From Eledone cirrhosa (taxonomy: Eukaryota), in assembly GCA_964016885.1 (NCBI GenBank), contig CAXHJY010000601.1, positions 1 through 64,000 of the forward strand: a stretch of DNA of 64,000 bases, given 5' to 3'. Made by a program: the position numbers and the translations under genes. The notes beneath the pieces are model-generated. The model did not search any database. It saw nothing but the letters and a program-made list of their open reading frames with translations, and had not been told where the DNA came from. This document shows, one piece after another, positions 43,889 to 57,219 of the stretch. Each line of letters begins with the position of its first letter. Position 1 is the stretch's first letter.

Positions 43889-45474
43889 TCAAGTATATTT
43901 TATTAAGGATAAAGGAATTCAGCACATGAAACTGGTTTAATTATTAAAAAATTAAATATAGTGAGAATTCACAAAAATTATAAAATTATATTTTCTATGT
44001 AGAGTCAGATACCATTCTTGAAAACTTATAAAAAATGTTGTATGGGTAGCAAATAGTTATTTGTTTTATACATATCCAAATTATTTACCTTATTTACAAA
44101 CACATATATATTCTCAATTACAGACACTCATTTAACAAGATAATATCCTATATACATATATTTATAAACACATACACATATTTCCTCACTTACTGAAGCA
44201 CACTAATTTTTCTGGAAGTATAAGAATTCCCCTACTGCCTCACTAATCCTTATATAATCCTCACCTTTATAAACTAATGCAGCCAACACAAGCACATGAT
44301 GCATTCAGCTAGCTACACATCCAAAAGAAGTAAATCCTAAGAACTTTGATTCTCTGAACAATAAGAATATCCTATCCACTATCCCTCAGACTCTTCTAAC
44401 TGGTAAATTCCAACAAAGATATAAACACCTTCACTAAGAATGCACTCTTTGTCTAAAGAAGTTCTTATGTAATCTTGTCAATAATAATTATATTATTCTA
44501 TGCTTCAACTATGCATGAGGTGGTATATACTAAGACAATATGTATTATTTCCAATCCAGTACATCTGTTGTCCATACAATAGTACAAACATCTCCCTGCA
44601 CCATACCCAGGCATGTGTGCAAGAACAGAATATTAGCCATATGTTCCTTATGTTCTGTATATTTGTCAAACATAAATTTCTTTACTATATGTCTGAAAAT
44701 GGACTTATTTCTTTATTTCACAAAGATTCGCACAGTTAAGGAAAAGATATAAATGTTTACATGTATGCCCAAGCATGTATGATAGTTCACCCAACAATAG
44801 TGTGAAACCCCTAGTCCAAGTCAGGAGATCATATTAGGAGAAGGAAAACCCTAATGTAAAACCTGTGACTCAATGATGGCCAAGGATATTGAACTGATCT
44901 TCTTTTGGGATATCTGTCACCCTTCTTCAGGGAGTAGGTTTGATCCAGTGCAAGGTCATTCTTCACTTCAAAAAGCTTCAAGCACAGGCATCACTTGATC
45001 TAAACATCTTTCACATGTATGGCTGACCATAATAAAAGAAACAAATTTTTTTTTCATGCCATGCAACCCATGTGTCGCAGGTGATCAAGTGATGACACCA
45101 CTCTAAACCAAGATGTGGATTAAGAAAAAAAATTTATGACTTAAATTATTTTTATATTATTATTTGTATTATTGTTGTTATTAGTGGCCTTGCTCCTATT
45201 TTAGAAACACTTGCTACTGTTGCAATCATTAATATTATTATCACCACCACCATCATCATCATCACTATTATCATTGTTTGGGCATTGACTTGGCAAAACT
45301 GTTTGAGCCTCTGACAATTGCTTTACAGTATTTGTTTCAGCTCAATGAGTTCTGAGTTCAAATCACACTGAGGCTAACTTTTCCTTTCATCCTTTTGGGG
45401 TTGATGATATAGCATACTATAAAAAATCCCGGCATTGTAACTAAATTGGAAATCATCATTACTATTATTATTTC

Positions 45475-45650
45475 AGTATTGGTAGAGGGTCGGACACCAT
45501 GCTTTGCAGCATAAAGTTACGGCCCTTGCCATTCTGAGTTCAAATCCCGCCGAGGTTAACTTTGCTTTCATCCTTACGGGGTCGATAAAATGAAGTACCA
45601 GTAATGCACTGGGGTAATTGCTGGCCTTGTGCCAAAAGTAGAAACAATTA
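45475..45650 (+). mobile_element. SINE
   Basis: Conserved B box and body. Confidence 0.9.
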
Positions 45651-45959
45651 TTATTATTTGATTTTGCTTTCTTTTCATATGAGTTATCACCAAGTCACAA
45701 CCATGGACCTCAAGAGACAACAACTTCCACTATCTTCTAAAATGGAGAAAATATATACACCCATATATATATATATATATATATATATTAATTATTTATT
45801 AAAATAACAGATTAAAGTTTAAGCAAAGAATCGCTGCTTTCACCCTTAACAGGATTTTCTAAAACTATATTTGATATATATTTATCCTTATCAAGCCCTC
45901 TTTAGATTTTAGTCTTCAAATTTATTATTATTACCATATATATATATATATTTAGATGT

Positions 45960-46340
45960 TTAAATAGTGAGATCAACAGAATTTTCCTGAGTATATGAGC
46001 AGTTCCCATAAGTAATATCTTTTGTATTTATTCTATCTGGAATTTGGGATAAGTAATCATTAGATTCCTTAGGTAATATTCTTAGAGTGCCCAAAAACAC
46101 TGATACTCTTTTAGTTCTCAACATCCACATTTTTCCAACCTTTTTCCTGGTTTTTATATTTGTGCAATTTTTCAAATGTTTTAACAGATACATTCTTGTC
46201 TAAAGGAACAGTCATATCAATTGACATGCATATATTCTGTTGGAAATCCTTCAATATTATATCAGGGCTATTTGCATCTATTTTCTAGTCTGTTTCAATG
46301 ATAAAGTTCCACAAAATTGAAATGTGTCCTTTTTCATTTA
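45960..46340 (-). pseudogene. restriction-like endonuclease (R4/Dong/NeSL-type) non-LTR 3' fragment
   Basis: Minus-strand remnants ILWNFIIETD, DANSPDIILKD, IDMTVPLDKN, FEKLHKYK, MWMLRT...VFLGTL match the PD-(D/E)xK RLE domain layout. Confidence 0.75.
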
Positions 46341-46944
46341 TTATTTTGAGTATAGTGGATTGGCAGAATAGTTAGAGCATTGAACAAAATGCTGAGTGCC
46401 TCATTTAGAAACCTATAACATTGTTGTTTTTGTTATCCTCAACATCAATGATATAATAAATAATAATAATGTGGATGATAATAATAATAATAAATAATAA
46501 CAATAATAATGTCTTTTTAGCCACAACACAAGGAGAACAAGCAACACAAAATAAGAGAAGAAAAATCAACAAAATTTGAATAGTAGATATAATAGGGCAT
46601 ATAATAATAACAATTATTATAATAAATAGTTATAATAAGAATACAACATTATAATAAACGTCAACTAGGAAACGATTTCTGGTAGAAGGGAAGAACTTTT
46701 CAGAGAAATTCCAGGAAAACACCCAACTAAAATCAACTGGGATACTCTATCATATAAGGACATTGAAAGTATCCCCTCCAAGTATCTTTCCTCCAGCTTA
46801 GAAAAACATAGTCAGAGTAAGCACATTCATTTTTATTTCCCCCATCTTCCATAAAACACACTAGATGGCGACACCACTTCTTTATCTCACCTTAATGATA
46901 GTAACAACAAAAACACCAGCAACAGTGACAACAACAACAAAAAT

Positions 46945-47095
46945 ACATCAACATTTAGACAAAGCAAATCCAAAAGACAATAATATATCTGTGAAAGAAT
47001 TGGAGAAAATATTCAAATATAAATTCATAGAAATAGAGATATCCAGAAATGTGGAGAGATTAAACACAGAGACCATCCCAACTAATAATAGACTG
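46945..47095 (+). pseudogene. second RLE non-LTR fragment
   Basis: PKDNNISVKELEKIFKYKFIEIEISR...NTETIP, the same RLE segment. Confidence 0.65.
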
Positions 47096-47451
47096 TATTT
47101 GACATAAGGAAGGATGCAAATAAATACATATAAAAAACCCTCAAGGACATGAAGGAAATAGCACTTCAAGGCATGTACATACATATACATACACACACAT
47201 GCACACGCACACACTGGCACACATGGGCACACACACACACACACACATATATATACACAAACACACAAATATACACACACACATATATATGCATATATAT
47301 ATATATATAGATATATATGTGCAGGCAACTAATAAATATGTATATTTATTGAAGTTCATTGTCAATAGAGCAAACATTACACATACCCACTAGGCAGATT
47401 GCAGCACTTTATTATGCAGCAAAAGCATGCAATGACAATAAAACTAACTAC

Positions 47452-47486
<35 letters not shown>

Positions 47487-47706
47487 CAACATCAACAACA
47501 AGAATCATATTTTTTATTGGCCTCGAATGTTCATGACGTTGGGAACCATACAAGAACAAAAATCAACATAAGAAGAGAAGGAAGAATGACAGTAATAATA
47601 ATAATGAGGATGGTGATGATGTTGACGATAATGATGATAATAACATCAACATCAACATCGACAACAACAAGAATAACAACAGTAACGATAATGACTAGGA
47701 TAATAA

Positions 47707-47923
47707 GCATTTCTGATCTAGGCACCAGGCCAGCAATTCTGGGAGAGGAGCAAGTCGATTAAATCGACCCCAGTCCGTGACTGGTACTTTATTTTATCGA
47801 TCCCGTAAAGATGAAAGGCAAAGCTAATCTTGGTGGGATTTGAACACAGAACGTAAAGGACCGTAACTCTGTGCCGCAAAGCATGCTATCCGACGTTCTA
47901 CCGATTCTGCCAATCCACCGTCC
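47707..47923 (-). mobile_element. SINE, full length with 18-bp TSD
   Basis: TAATGACTAGGATAATAA at 47689-47706 and 47924-47941; A and B boxes on the minus strand. Confidence 0.93.
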
Positions 47924-48856
47924 TAATGACTAGGATAATAATAAAATGATGATGACATAGATAATAGTGATAAAGGTGATGCTGAACAGGATGAGTAAGA
48001 GGAATAGGGTGAATATAATTGAAGGATATAAGTTAGAAGGATAGATTTTCTTAATAAAATATTTTACTTTAATGCTGAAGAAAAATATATTTATCATATT
48101 TTCTTTTTATTCCCAGTCAACTCTTCTACATAAGATAATATTATTTGATCATACTTTGTACCTGCCTTCACATGCCTCTTTTTTATTCTCATCTAAATAT
48201 CTAAATATCTACACACACACATGCATTCAAATTAACTCATAAACATCTTAACTCTCATATATATATATGTATGTGTATATATATATATATAGTCCCACCC
48301 TTGCAAGCAGGGAAAAGCGGACGTAAAATGATGATGATGATGATGATATACACATATTTATACACACACACACACACACACATACACACACACACACACA
48401 CACACATACACACACACACACACACATACACATATATATATTTTTAATTTTATTTAACTTTAAGCAGCTGCTGCTGGTTTTGTTTTTGTTCTGTCTTATT
48501 TCAGACTATTTGTAGGTTTGTTTAGTGGCAAAGTCTTAAAAATTGTGCTTAGTCACTTGAGGTCACTAATTGACCCTGCTATTCCTGTGAGATATTTTTT
48601 GCAACTACTTCCTAAATCCAAAGAATTTTACTATCTATAACAACACGAGTCACATAGTGCCAAGTTATTTCAGTGTTGATCAATTGGCTAAATGTTTATG
48701 CATTTGTTTTCTATAAGTATAATGATTCAAGTACATTTTCAAGATATGGTGATAGACAGGGTTATCAGATATCAGTTAGGGTTACTTATAGCTGATCATT
48801 TTTATTCCAGCAACTACATGCTAATTCTTTTTAATAGTGCTACTTGCTATTTTGAA

Positions 48857-49190
48857 GGCACATGACTTAGTGGTTAGAGCATTGGGCTTGCAATTGGAAG
48901 GTTGCAAGTTCAATTCTTGGACTGGGTGATGCTTTGTGTCCTTGAGCAAGTTACTTTATTTCATGTTGCTCCAGTTTACTCAACTGTAGAAATGAGTTGT
49001 GATGTCACTGGTGCCAAGTTGTATCGGCTATTACCTTTCCCTTGGACAACATTGGTGGCATAAAGAGGGGAGGCTGGTATGTATGGGCGACTGCTGGTCT
49101 TACACAAACAACCATGCCCAGACTTGTGCCTCGGAGGGAAACTTTCTAGGTGCAAATCCCATGGTCATTCATCACCGAAGGGGGGTCTTT
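48857..49190 (+). mobile_element. tRNA-derived SINE (second family)
   Basis: GGCACATGACTTAGTGGTTAGAGC head, AGTTCAATTC B box, GTGTCCTTGAGCAAG core. Confidence 0.8.
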
Positions 49191-49216
49191 ATGCTTTTTT
49201 TCGCTTGCTATTTTAA

Positions 49217-49446
49217 CACTTTTAGCATCCCAATTTCTATGATACAAAACTGTTTATTTTAAAGTGTTTACATTTATCTAAAACCATTCAATCATAATTT
49301 TATGTAAGAACTTTTATTATTTGATATGCCATTTTAATTAATTTGAAAGTTAATTATATTACTAAGTTAACTAAACTCATGTTTATTTTCAAACTTTTTT
49401 GAAAATCATAAGCAGTGTATTATTAGAAATATAATAAATGAAAAGG
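49217..49446. mobile_element. TTAA-flanked MITE (second family)
   Basis: TTAA at 49213-49216 and 49447-49450; degenerate TIRs. Confidence 0.5.
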
Positions 49447-50180
49447 TTAAAATTTTAATTTCTAAAGGTAAGAATTATATAAAATATATTAAATTATCAA
49501 CTAAATAAAGGCTATCTTTGTGTATATACAGTTTTAATTTACTAGCATCATTTTCATTTTAGCTGCTTTCAAATCCATTTTGAAGAGGTGAGTTATGTGA
49601 GTGTTCATGTTACTATATATAGATTTAGTAAATATGGCACTTGGACATATTAACACTCTAAGTTTCCCATAGGCTTTCAAGTTACATAACTCTGGACAAT
49701 ACTTTATTTTTAAGTATAATTCAAATACTTTAACACACACACTTATAGTGGTTTCTATTATTCAATAACAAGATCTTTCAATATTGAGTCATTTTTCAGT
49801 CAATTTAGAATGTTTTGAACATTATGTCATATTATCAACAAAACAAAATCAACAACAATAACAAAAGAAATATATATTATGGAAGACATCTTCTTCAATG
49901 AACTCAATGACTTAGTGAGCTTTGCATGGACATTTCTGCATGCTCAGTGTTCACCACTACCACTACCACTACCTCAAAGTACAATAGTAGGAAGCTTAGG
50001 AAGGGAAAGAGTGTACAGGCTCTGTGCCTACATTACCTCACCCTATAGTTGAAGGAGGTGTGTGGAAAAGTAATATTTCTCAGACTTCAGAATAATGGAC
50101 AACATAGATAAGAGAATAAAAAATTGAGACAGGACAATGAGCTGGAAAAATTGAGGTTAAATTGCCAATGCTGGTAAAAT

Positions 50181-50264
50181 GAAGAAGAAGAAGAAGAAGA
50201 AGAAGAAGAAGAAGAAGAAGAAGAAGAAGAAGAAGAAGAAGAAGAAGAAGAAGAAGAAGAAGAA
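50181..50264. repeat. (GAA)n microsatellite
   Basis: Pure run. Confidence 0.98.
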
Positions 50265-51302
50265 GATGATGATGATGATGATGATGATGAAGAAGAGGAG
50301 CAGGAGGAGGAGGTGGAGGAAGTCAGCTGAAAAATGATGAGAAGGAGTAATAAGAGGTGACAAATATTATATAAATGACGAAGGTACTGAAGCCTTCCAT
50401 TGGCTCAATATACTTAGTCACAAACAAGCAGGAAGCTGGTTCATTATACTTCTTTTTATAAGAAATGAGAAATCTGTAAATTGTGATGGCTTTTAAATTG
50501 ACCAGTGGTGGAGCTGTGCATCTCCAAATTCCACCCTGCGAATAACTAGTGAAAGCATTCCCTTGAATGGAGAGAGTCATCATGGATGGCTTGATTTCAT
50601 CAGGTTTGGCAGAATGCAAAAAATTGATTGCTTTTATTAAATTTCCGTGAAATCAATAAATATTTAATGGACTGTAGAAGAAATGTCATTTGAACTGAAA
50701 ACTTCATTGCTTCACTATATTTCTTTACTTCAAAACGAAGAATTTCTTTATTCTTTTATTGATTGATTCCTATAGGTTGCATGTGGGCCTAACTGTTACT
50801 ATCAATGCTAGAATTTTGGTAGATGTTCTCTCACGTTTCTTTTAAATATCTACTCTACTTGGAGCTCTGATACTCCAAAGTTAACACATTATTTTTTAAA
50901 ATGCCATAATGAAAAATAAAATAAAAATAAGAAAATGAATTATAATAAATATAAAAAGAAAAAAATTAATTAAATTATAAAAAAAAACATTCAAATGAAA
51001 ATATAAATTAAATTTAAAAAAAGTATTTAAAATAAAATATAATTTTTAAAAATGTTTGAAAAATAATTTTTTTTTTAAATCTGAAAATAAAAATATTTTC
51101 AGTGGTGGATGGCGGTGCCGCGGTGTGGTGATGTTAATTTCAAATTTGTGATCATCCGGATTCAGTTCCTAGATAGGACTGTTTCATTTTTATTACACAC
51201 TAAATATCAATGGGCAAGGCATGAGAACCACAATATCTCATATTTATATTTTTTTCTACACATATATATGCATGTGTGCATACACACAAAGGTATATATA
51301 TT

Positions 51303-51336
<34 letters not shown>

Positions 51337-51340
<4 letters not shown>

Positions 51341-51604
51341 GAAGAAGTCAGTAAGTAATAATCCACCTCATTTATTAATTACATAATCACTATTATACGT
51401 ATTTCCATGGTAACTCTTACATAAATTACCATCGAAACACGTATAACACCGATTGAGTAATTAATAAATGACGTAAATTCTAACCTATTGACTTCTAACT
51501 CATTACTATACCTATACTCCAGAGTACACAAACCTACATGTATACGATGTCGAGTGCTCTAGTACACTAGTGTCGGTTGATTAACTAACTCAAAATATGC
51601 CGAG

Positions 51605-51607
<3 letters not shown>
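51337..51607 (+). mobile_element. older fold-back element: about 170-bp imperfect palindrome plus tail
   Basis: Arms 51337-51413 and 51426-51505; right arm starts TTACCATC-GAAA-CACG-TA; tail homologous to the reverse complement of 59644-59735; (TA)n on both sides. Confidence 0.75.
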
Positions 51608-51686
<79 letters not shown>

Positions 51687-51688
51687 TG

Positions 51689-51719
<31 letters not shown>

Positions 51720-51820
51720 AAATATATATATACATATACATATATATATAATTATATAATTATGTATATAGGTAAATGTATATATATATAGAGAGAGAGA
51801 GAGAGATATAAATGTATATT

Positions 51821-51936
<116 letters not shown>

Positions 51937-51974
51937 CATTTATGTATATATATATATATATACATAAATGTATG

Positions 51975-52033
<59 letters not shown>

Positions 52034-52458
52034 TTATATCTCTCTCTCTATATATATATATACATTTACCTATATACATAATTATATATATATATATATA
52101 CACACACACTGAAAGTTCATGCCAAATTAATAGTTTGCTATAAATTCCACTTTGGTAAATTCGTTTGTTTCTTTTTTTTCATCAACAATGCGGAAGTTGC
52201 ATTGATATTTGTTATTGCTGTTGTTTTTGTTTTCCCCAAAATTATAGCGCCTGTACCATGCATCTACATATAACACATACATATTTTAAATCACATATAC
52301 ACTATATATACACATACACATACACACACTCTCTCTCTCACACACACTCACATATATATATATATATGTATGTATATATTATATATATATGCATATATAT
52401 ATATATGTATATATATAATGATATCTACATATATATGCATATATATATATATACATAC

Positions 52459-52500
<42 letters not shown>

Positions 52501-53038
52501 ACACAGAGAGACGCTCACACACATATATTTAAACAATCTTACATAGAAATGTATGTACGTACGTACATACATACATACACTCATACATACATACATACAT
52601 AAACCCATACATACATACACTCATACATACACCCATACATACATACACTCATACATACATACATACATACATACATACATACATACATACATACATACAT
52701 ACATACACACGTACCTTCTATCCTCAATTTGTTGCCTGGTATCACTCTGAAATCAAGAGATGTTGCTCGAAATAAAGGACATTTGCTTCTATTCTTCTTC
52801 GTGTTGGTTTTTATATATTTATCTATATCTATTTCATATTTCTATATACTTTCTTTAATGTTGCTAAGCAACTAATGTTGTATTTTCATGGGTTTTCCTT
52901 AATTTTTGTTTGTTGATTTTTTCCGTTTTACATTTACTTATTTCTAGTATTCGAGGATTTATGTAGGGTGTTGTGTTTCTTAGGAGAAAAGAGATTTTCT
53001 TATACGCACACACACATATCTATCTATCCATCTATCCA

Positions 53039-53090
<52 letters not shown>

Positions 53091-53092
<2 letters not shown>

Positions 53093-53297
53093 GGAACGAG
53101 TAAGACCCCGACGGCTGAGCTCAAGCCGTTTCGACGGCTAATTCTGGACTAAAAATTTTTAGTCCAGAATTAGCCGTCGAAACGGCTTGAGCTCAGCCGT
53201 CGGGGTCTTACTCGTTCCTATTACCCACTCGACTACCCTAAGTATTGAGTACTTTGGTTCGTTATGGTCCACCTTGTTCCTTACCACATTTCCTTCG

Positions 53298-53300
<3 letters not shown>
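53091..53300 (+). mobile_element. fold-back element (family A): perfect 130-bp palindrome plus tail
   Basis: 53091-53155 is the exact reverse complement of 53156-53220 with no loop; tail to 53300; (TA)n flanks. Confidence 0.92.
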
Positions 53301-53327
<27 letters not shown>

Positions 53328-53331
<4 letters not shown>

Positions 53332-53492
53332 CAAGGAGACAACAAACAAAGGTACACAACGTCTTATTAGTTTCACGCTTTATATGGATAAGGGGAAAGA
53401 AAGTTTGATGTGTCAGGCTTTAGCCCTTCTTCAGGAATACAACATTAGAGTCAGGATCACTAAAGAGAAACAGAAATAAAGGAGTCCAAGTA
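53328..53492 (-). mobile_element. PLE-derived element family B with variant HHR core
   Basis: Minus strand CTGAAGA-A-GGGC TAAA GCCT-GACA-CATC at 53403-53439; (TA)n flanks. Confidence 0.72.
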
Positions 53493-53502
53493 ATATATAT
53501 AT

Positions 53503-53530
<28 letters not shown>

Positions 53531-53533
<3 letters not shown>

Positions 53534-54250
53534 ATAGAAATGGCTCAGTAGTTGCTATTTAAGGTATCTTAAAATGGAGTGGGAATACGAAGAAAGCAAG
53601 AACGGGGTGGGGGAAGTTTTCCTTATCAGTTGTCTACTGGGGGGTCTCGGATATGTCTACGCTTTAAAAACAATATAACTCGCCCCAGGGCGTCAATAAC
53701 TGGACAAGTTATTGGGAAAACGGAAGAAGGAGGGAAGGAAAGCAAAAAGGAAGAAAAGAGAAAACAGTAACAAAACAGCGAAAAACAACAACTAACCGAG
53801 CCATGTGCGAGCAACTATAGGTAGGAAATCCAAGACTACTCGATAAGAGAACTTAAATTCAAGACTGAGTGGTCGAGAGGAAAGGGACATACGTCCAATC
53901 GCCGCAGTTGTAAGTGAGAAGAGAACAGCTAAAGGGTCAGGTGAAGGGGTGAAAGTGAGGAGGGGGAGAAAGGGAGAGGAAGAAAGTGGGGTAAGAGTAG
54001 ATAGGGAGAAAGGGAGGGGAAGAAAGAGGGGTGAGAATAGAAAGTAGCGAAATAGGTAGGTAGAAGGGGAGAGAAGAATGGTCACAGCGAAAAACATGAT
54101 GAAATATATGGAGAATAGAAATGGCTGCGTAGTTGCTATTTAAGGTAACTTAAAATGCAGTAGGAATACGAAGAAAGCAAGAACAAGGGGAGGGGGGTTC
54201 CTCATCAGGTGTCTACAGGCGGTCTATGATATTTCTACGCTTTAAAGACA
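53531..54250 (-). mobile_element. non-coding element bounded by about 140-bp direct repeats
   Basis: 53531-53670 and 54112-54250 are diverged direct repeats; CTGATGA / CTGATAA on the minus strand in each; microsatellite flanks. Confidence 0.6.
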
Positions 54251-54266
54251 TATATATATTGCAAAG

Positions 54267-54500
54267 AGCTCAGCCGTCGGGGTCCGACTCTTTATTATAT
54301 AACCAAACTGTACTACCCCCAAGTATCGAGTTCTCTGGGGAATAATGGTCTAACCAGTTTGTAACTGAATCAATCCTGATTTATATATATATATATATAT
54401 ATATAACGAAGGAATTGTGGTAAGGAACCAGATGGACCATAACGCACCAAAGTACTCAATACTTAGAGTAGTAGAGTGGGTAATTGGAACAAGTATGACC
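54267..54500. mobile_element. two family A-type tails converging on one (TA)n tract
   Basis: 54267-54382 (+) and 54403-54500 (-, reverse complement of 53203-53300). Confidence 0.75.
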
Positions 54501-55129
54501 CACATATGTGTGTGTGTGTATGTGTGTGTGTATTAACACTCAAAATTTAATATAAACAAGCACCCACACACAACCCAAACACAACATTTTCACTGAGAAA
54601 ACATTTCACTTAACATAAACAAAAGCACACCATATTTTACGGGAATACCCACACAACATTATGCACATGTTAGTCCACAGAGGATGTCATCCCATTACTT
54701 TTGACAGCTATAAATAGATCACCGCATGCCTGTAACAACAAAAGCACAAAGCTTCAAACGAATTTCTTATTACAATCTTATGATGAAGGTATATTAGCGG
54801 CGAAATATTAGCATAGATAAATGACAGGTGACACACTAACATCTCCGTTGCCTTTTTTCCAAAATATACCGTCCATTTTGAATTGGTATAAAATACTACT
54901 TTATATATCACCAACATCATCGACGTCGTAGTCGTTTTTATGTCAACCTTTCCATCGTGACATGGGATGGATATGCCCTTCTTCACAATAAATATTTTAA
55001 TCGCATCGTACGACACGCAGGGATGCAGTATGTGTGTGTGGGGGGGGGGAGGTATGTGTGTGTGTGTGCGTGTGTGTGTGCTTATATATATAAGAATCAT
55101 TAAGTTAATAAAATAAAACCACACTTTTT

Positions 55130-55455
55130 CACGGTCCCATAACTTCTGAGGGAATCGTAGGGGTGTCATATTGACATACGACGTTTCTAGGGCCCTTTTA
55201 AAACCTGTCGGACCCCATCTCTCCGTGTCTGAGTACAGCAGATTCCTTCCAGAGAATGATAGAGAGTGAGAGAAAGGAAGTGAGAAAGAGATATACAGGA
55301 AAATTAACCCCAGTACTTGACTGGTACTATTTTTATCCACCTCGAACGGATGAAAGGCAACGTTGACCTCAGCGGGATTTGAACGGAGAGCAGAGAGACG
55401 GAACGAATACCGCAAAGCATTCTATCCAACGTTCGAATAAATCTGCCAATTCGCC
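55130..55455 (-). mobile_element. SINE variant with long alternative 3' tail
   Basis: SINE head and body at 55300-55455; tail homologous to 57720-57880 and 61040-61207. Confidence 0.75.
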
Positions 55456-56006
55456 AACTTTATGTAAATATTATGTGTCTTAAATTGTGGTTTTATGTTT
55501 CAAACGGGAATATTAAAATATATAGCATAGTCCTGGATGCAGTTACATGTAAAGGTGGTAATAGGACCAGCTCATATGTCAAATGTAAGTCTCGTTTCAA
55601 ACTAATCATTAAGCATCTCAGTAATCAGTGCTCAAGACAAAAGTTTTTAAATAAACATACAGTATTTTATCAAATATACTATACGTACATTCATATATAC
55701 ATCGCTATTTTAGTGAACCTATACTAATTTCTAATTTTTGCTGGGCCGGTACCGGCTCTGTATGTTAATGAGTTTAAACAGCTCATAAACATAATTGGAA
55801 TTCTATAAGAATCCAGCTTCTATAACTCTCGGCAGAAGCGAAGGGGTATGAAGTCTTGGCAACCACAAATGAGAAACAGTACTACCGTCGATTACTCCAC
55901 TTTGCTTTTGCCGAGACTAAGTATGTAACGTAGTCACTACTTCAAAATTCATAGCGAAAGGTTTTCAAAATGTTTTAAAATAAACATACAGTATATTATT
56001 AAACAG

Positions 56007-56193
56007 GGCGGTGGATTGGCAGTATCGGTAGAGGGTCGGACGCCATTCTTTGCAGCAAAGAGTTACGGTCCTTTATGGTCTGAGTTCAAATCCAGCCGAG
56101 GTTAACTTTGCCTTTCATCCTTACGGGGTCAATAAAATAACGTACCAGTAATACACTGGGATAATTGCTGGCCTTGTGCCAAAAGTAGAAACA
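56007..56193 (+). mobile_element. SINE, full length with 9-bp TSD
   Basis: A box TGGCAGTATCGG, B box GAGTTCAAATCC; ATTATTAAA at 55995-56003 and 56194-56202. Confidence 0.95.
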
Positions 56194-56939
56194 ATTATTA
56201 AATATACTATACGTACATTCATATTTCAGAGGATCAATACTAATTTCTAATTTTTTTTAGATTTTTACTGCCTATAAACATGCATTGTTTTACAAAAATA
56301 TCTTCCAGAAACGCAGCATACATCTTATAAACACAAGTTTAGGGTTTGGGTCACAGGCAAGTAATGGTTCACGTGTCGCATTACTTACCTGTGTCTCAGC
56401 TGGTCATATACATACATGCCAGTTTCCCCTCTGCACACCAACACATCACCCTTGTTGTCCAAAGTAAAGGCTAAGGCCGACCTCCATTTGGCACCAGTGA
56501 TGTCACAACTCATTATTTTGCAGTTATGTGGATTGGAGCAACGATAATTTAATATGTTGAACACTCGAACTAGTGACTTTACGATCGTGAGCCCAACATT
56601 AAGTCATGCCCTTTCACTTAAGTTATGGTTGATGAGGAGTGCGTTAGTGCACACAGTTGCAACATTTTAAATTGCGGATGAAAATCCCACTATCGTCTTG
56701 TCTACCTTTTGATAAAAACGAGGGCGAAGGAAGCGAGAAAGGGAAAGTTCTTAAGAGAAAGAGATCACTGGTTTGAGATATACAAGAGCAGACATAGATG
56801 CTATTTTGGTGTCTATTGTGTCTTCAGAGTAGAATTATAAACGTGTCCACAAGCGCTGAACTTATGTCGGTTCCGAAAACGACGAGTGCACTAGTTGTTT
56901 TACCAATAGAAAAGTTTGCTTGCGAAACTAATAGTAAAT

Positions 56940-57175
56940 CGCCTAAGCATTCCACAGACACGTTCACCATTAATCTACTTCTCAGGGAGATTCAGCTGGA
57001 TATAGTGTGTGACAAGGCTGACCCATTCAAATGCAGGTAGAACTCAGTTAAGTCAGCTAAATGAACTGGAACCACGGGAAATAAAATGTCTTCCTCAAGG
57101 ACACAACTCGCCACTGGGAATCGAACTCACAACCTTACGATCGTAAGCCGAACACCATAACCACTAAGCTACGGG
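56940..57175 (-). mobile_element. tRNA-derived SINE (second family)
   Basis: Minus strand GTAGCTTAGTGGTTA...GAGTTCGATTCCC head, then GTGTCCTTGAGGAAGAC. Confidence 0.85.
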
Positions 57176-57219
57176 ATTTCACAGAAACGTAAGCAAAGCA
57201 AGAACCAATGTAGCTTTCA

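Noticed and set aside
50323-50619. 98-aa minus-strand ORF in unique-looking DNA
   Set aside because: No motif, no clear splice sites, non-ATG start.
54708-55415. 235-aa minus-strand ORF
   Set aside because: Runs through a SINE, its tail and a (CA)n tract; a chance open frame.
57105-57175. tRNA gene
   Set aside because: A and B boxes are present but continue directly into a SINE core; this is a SINE head.
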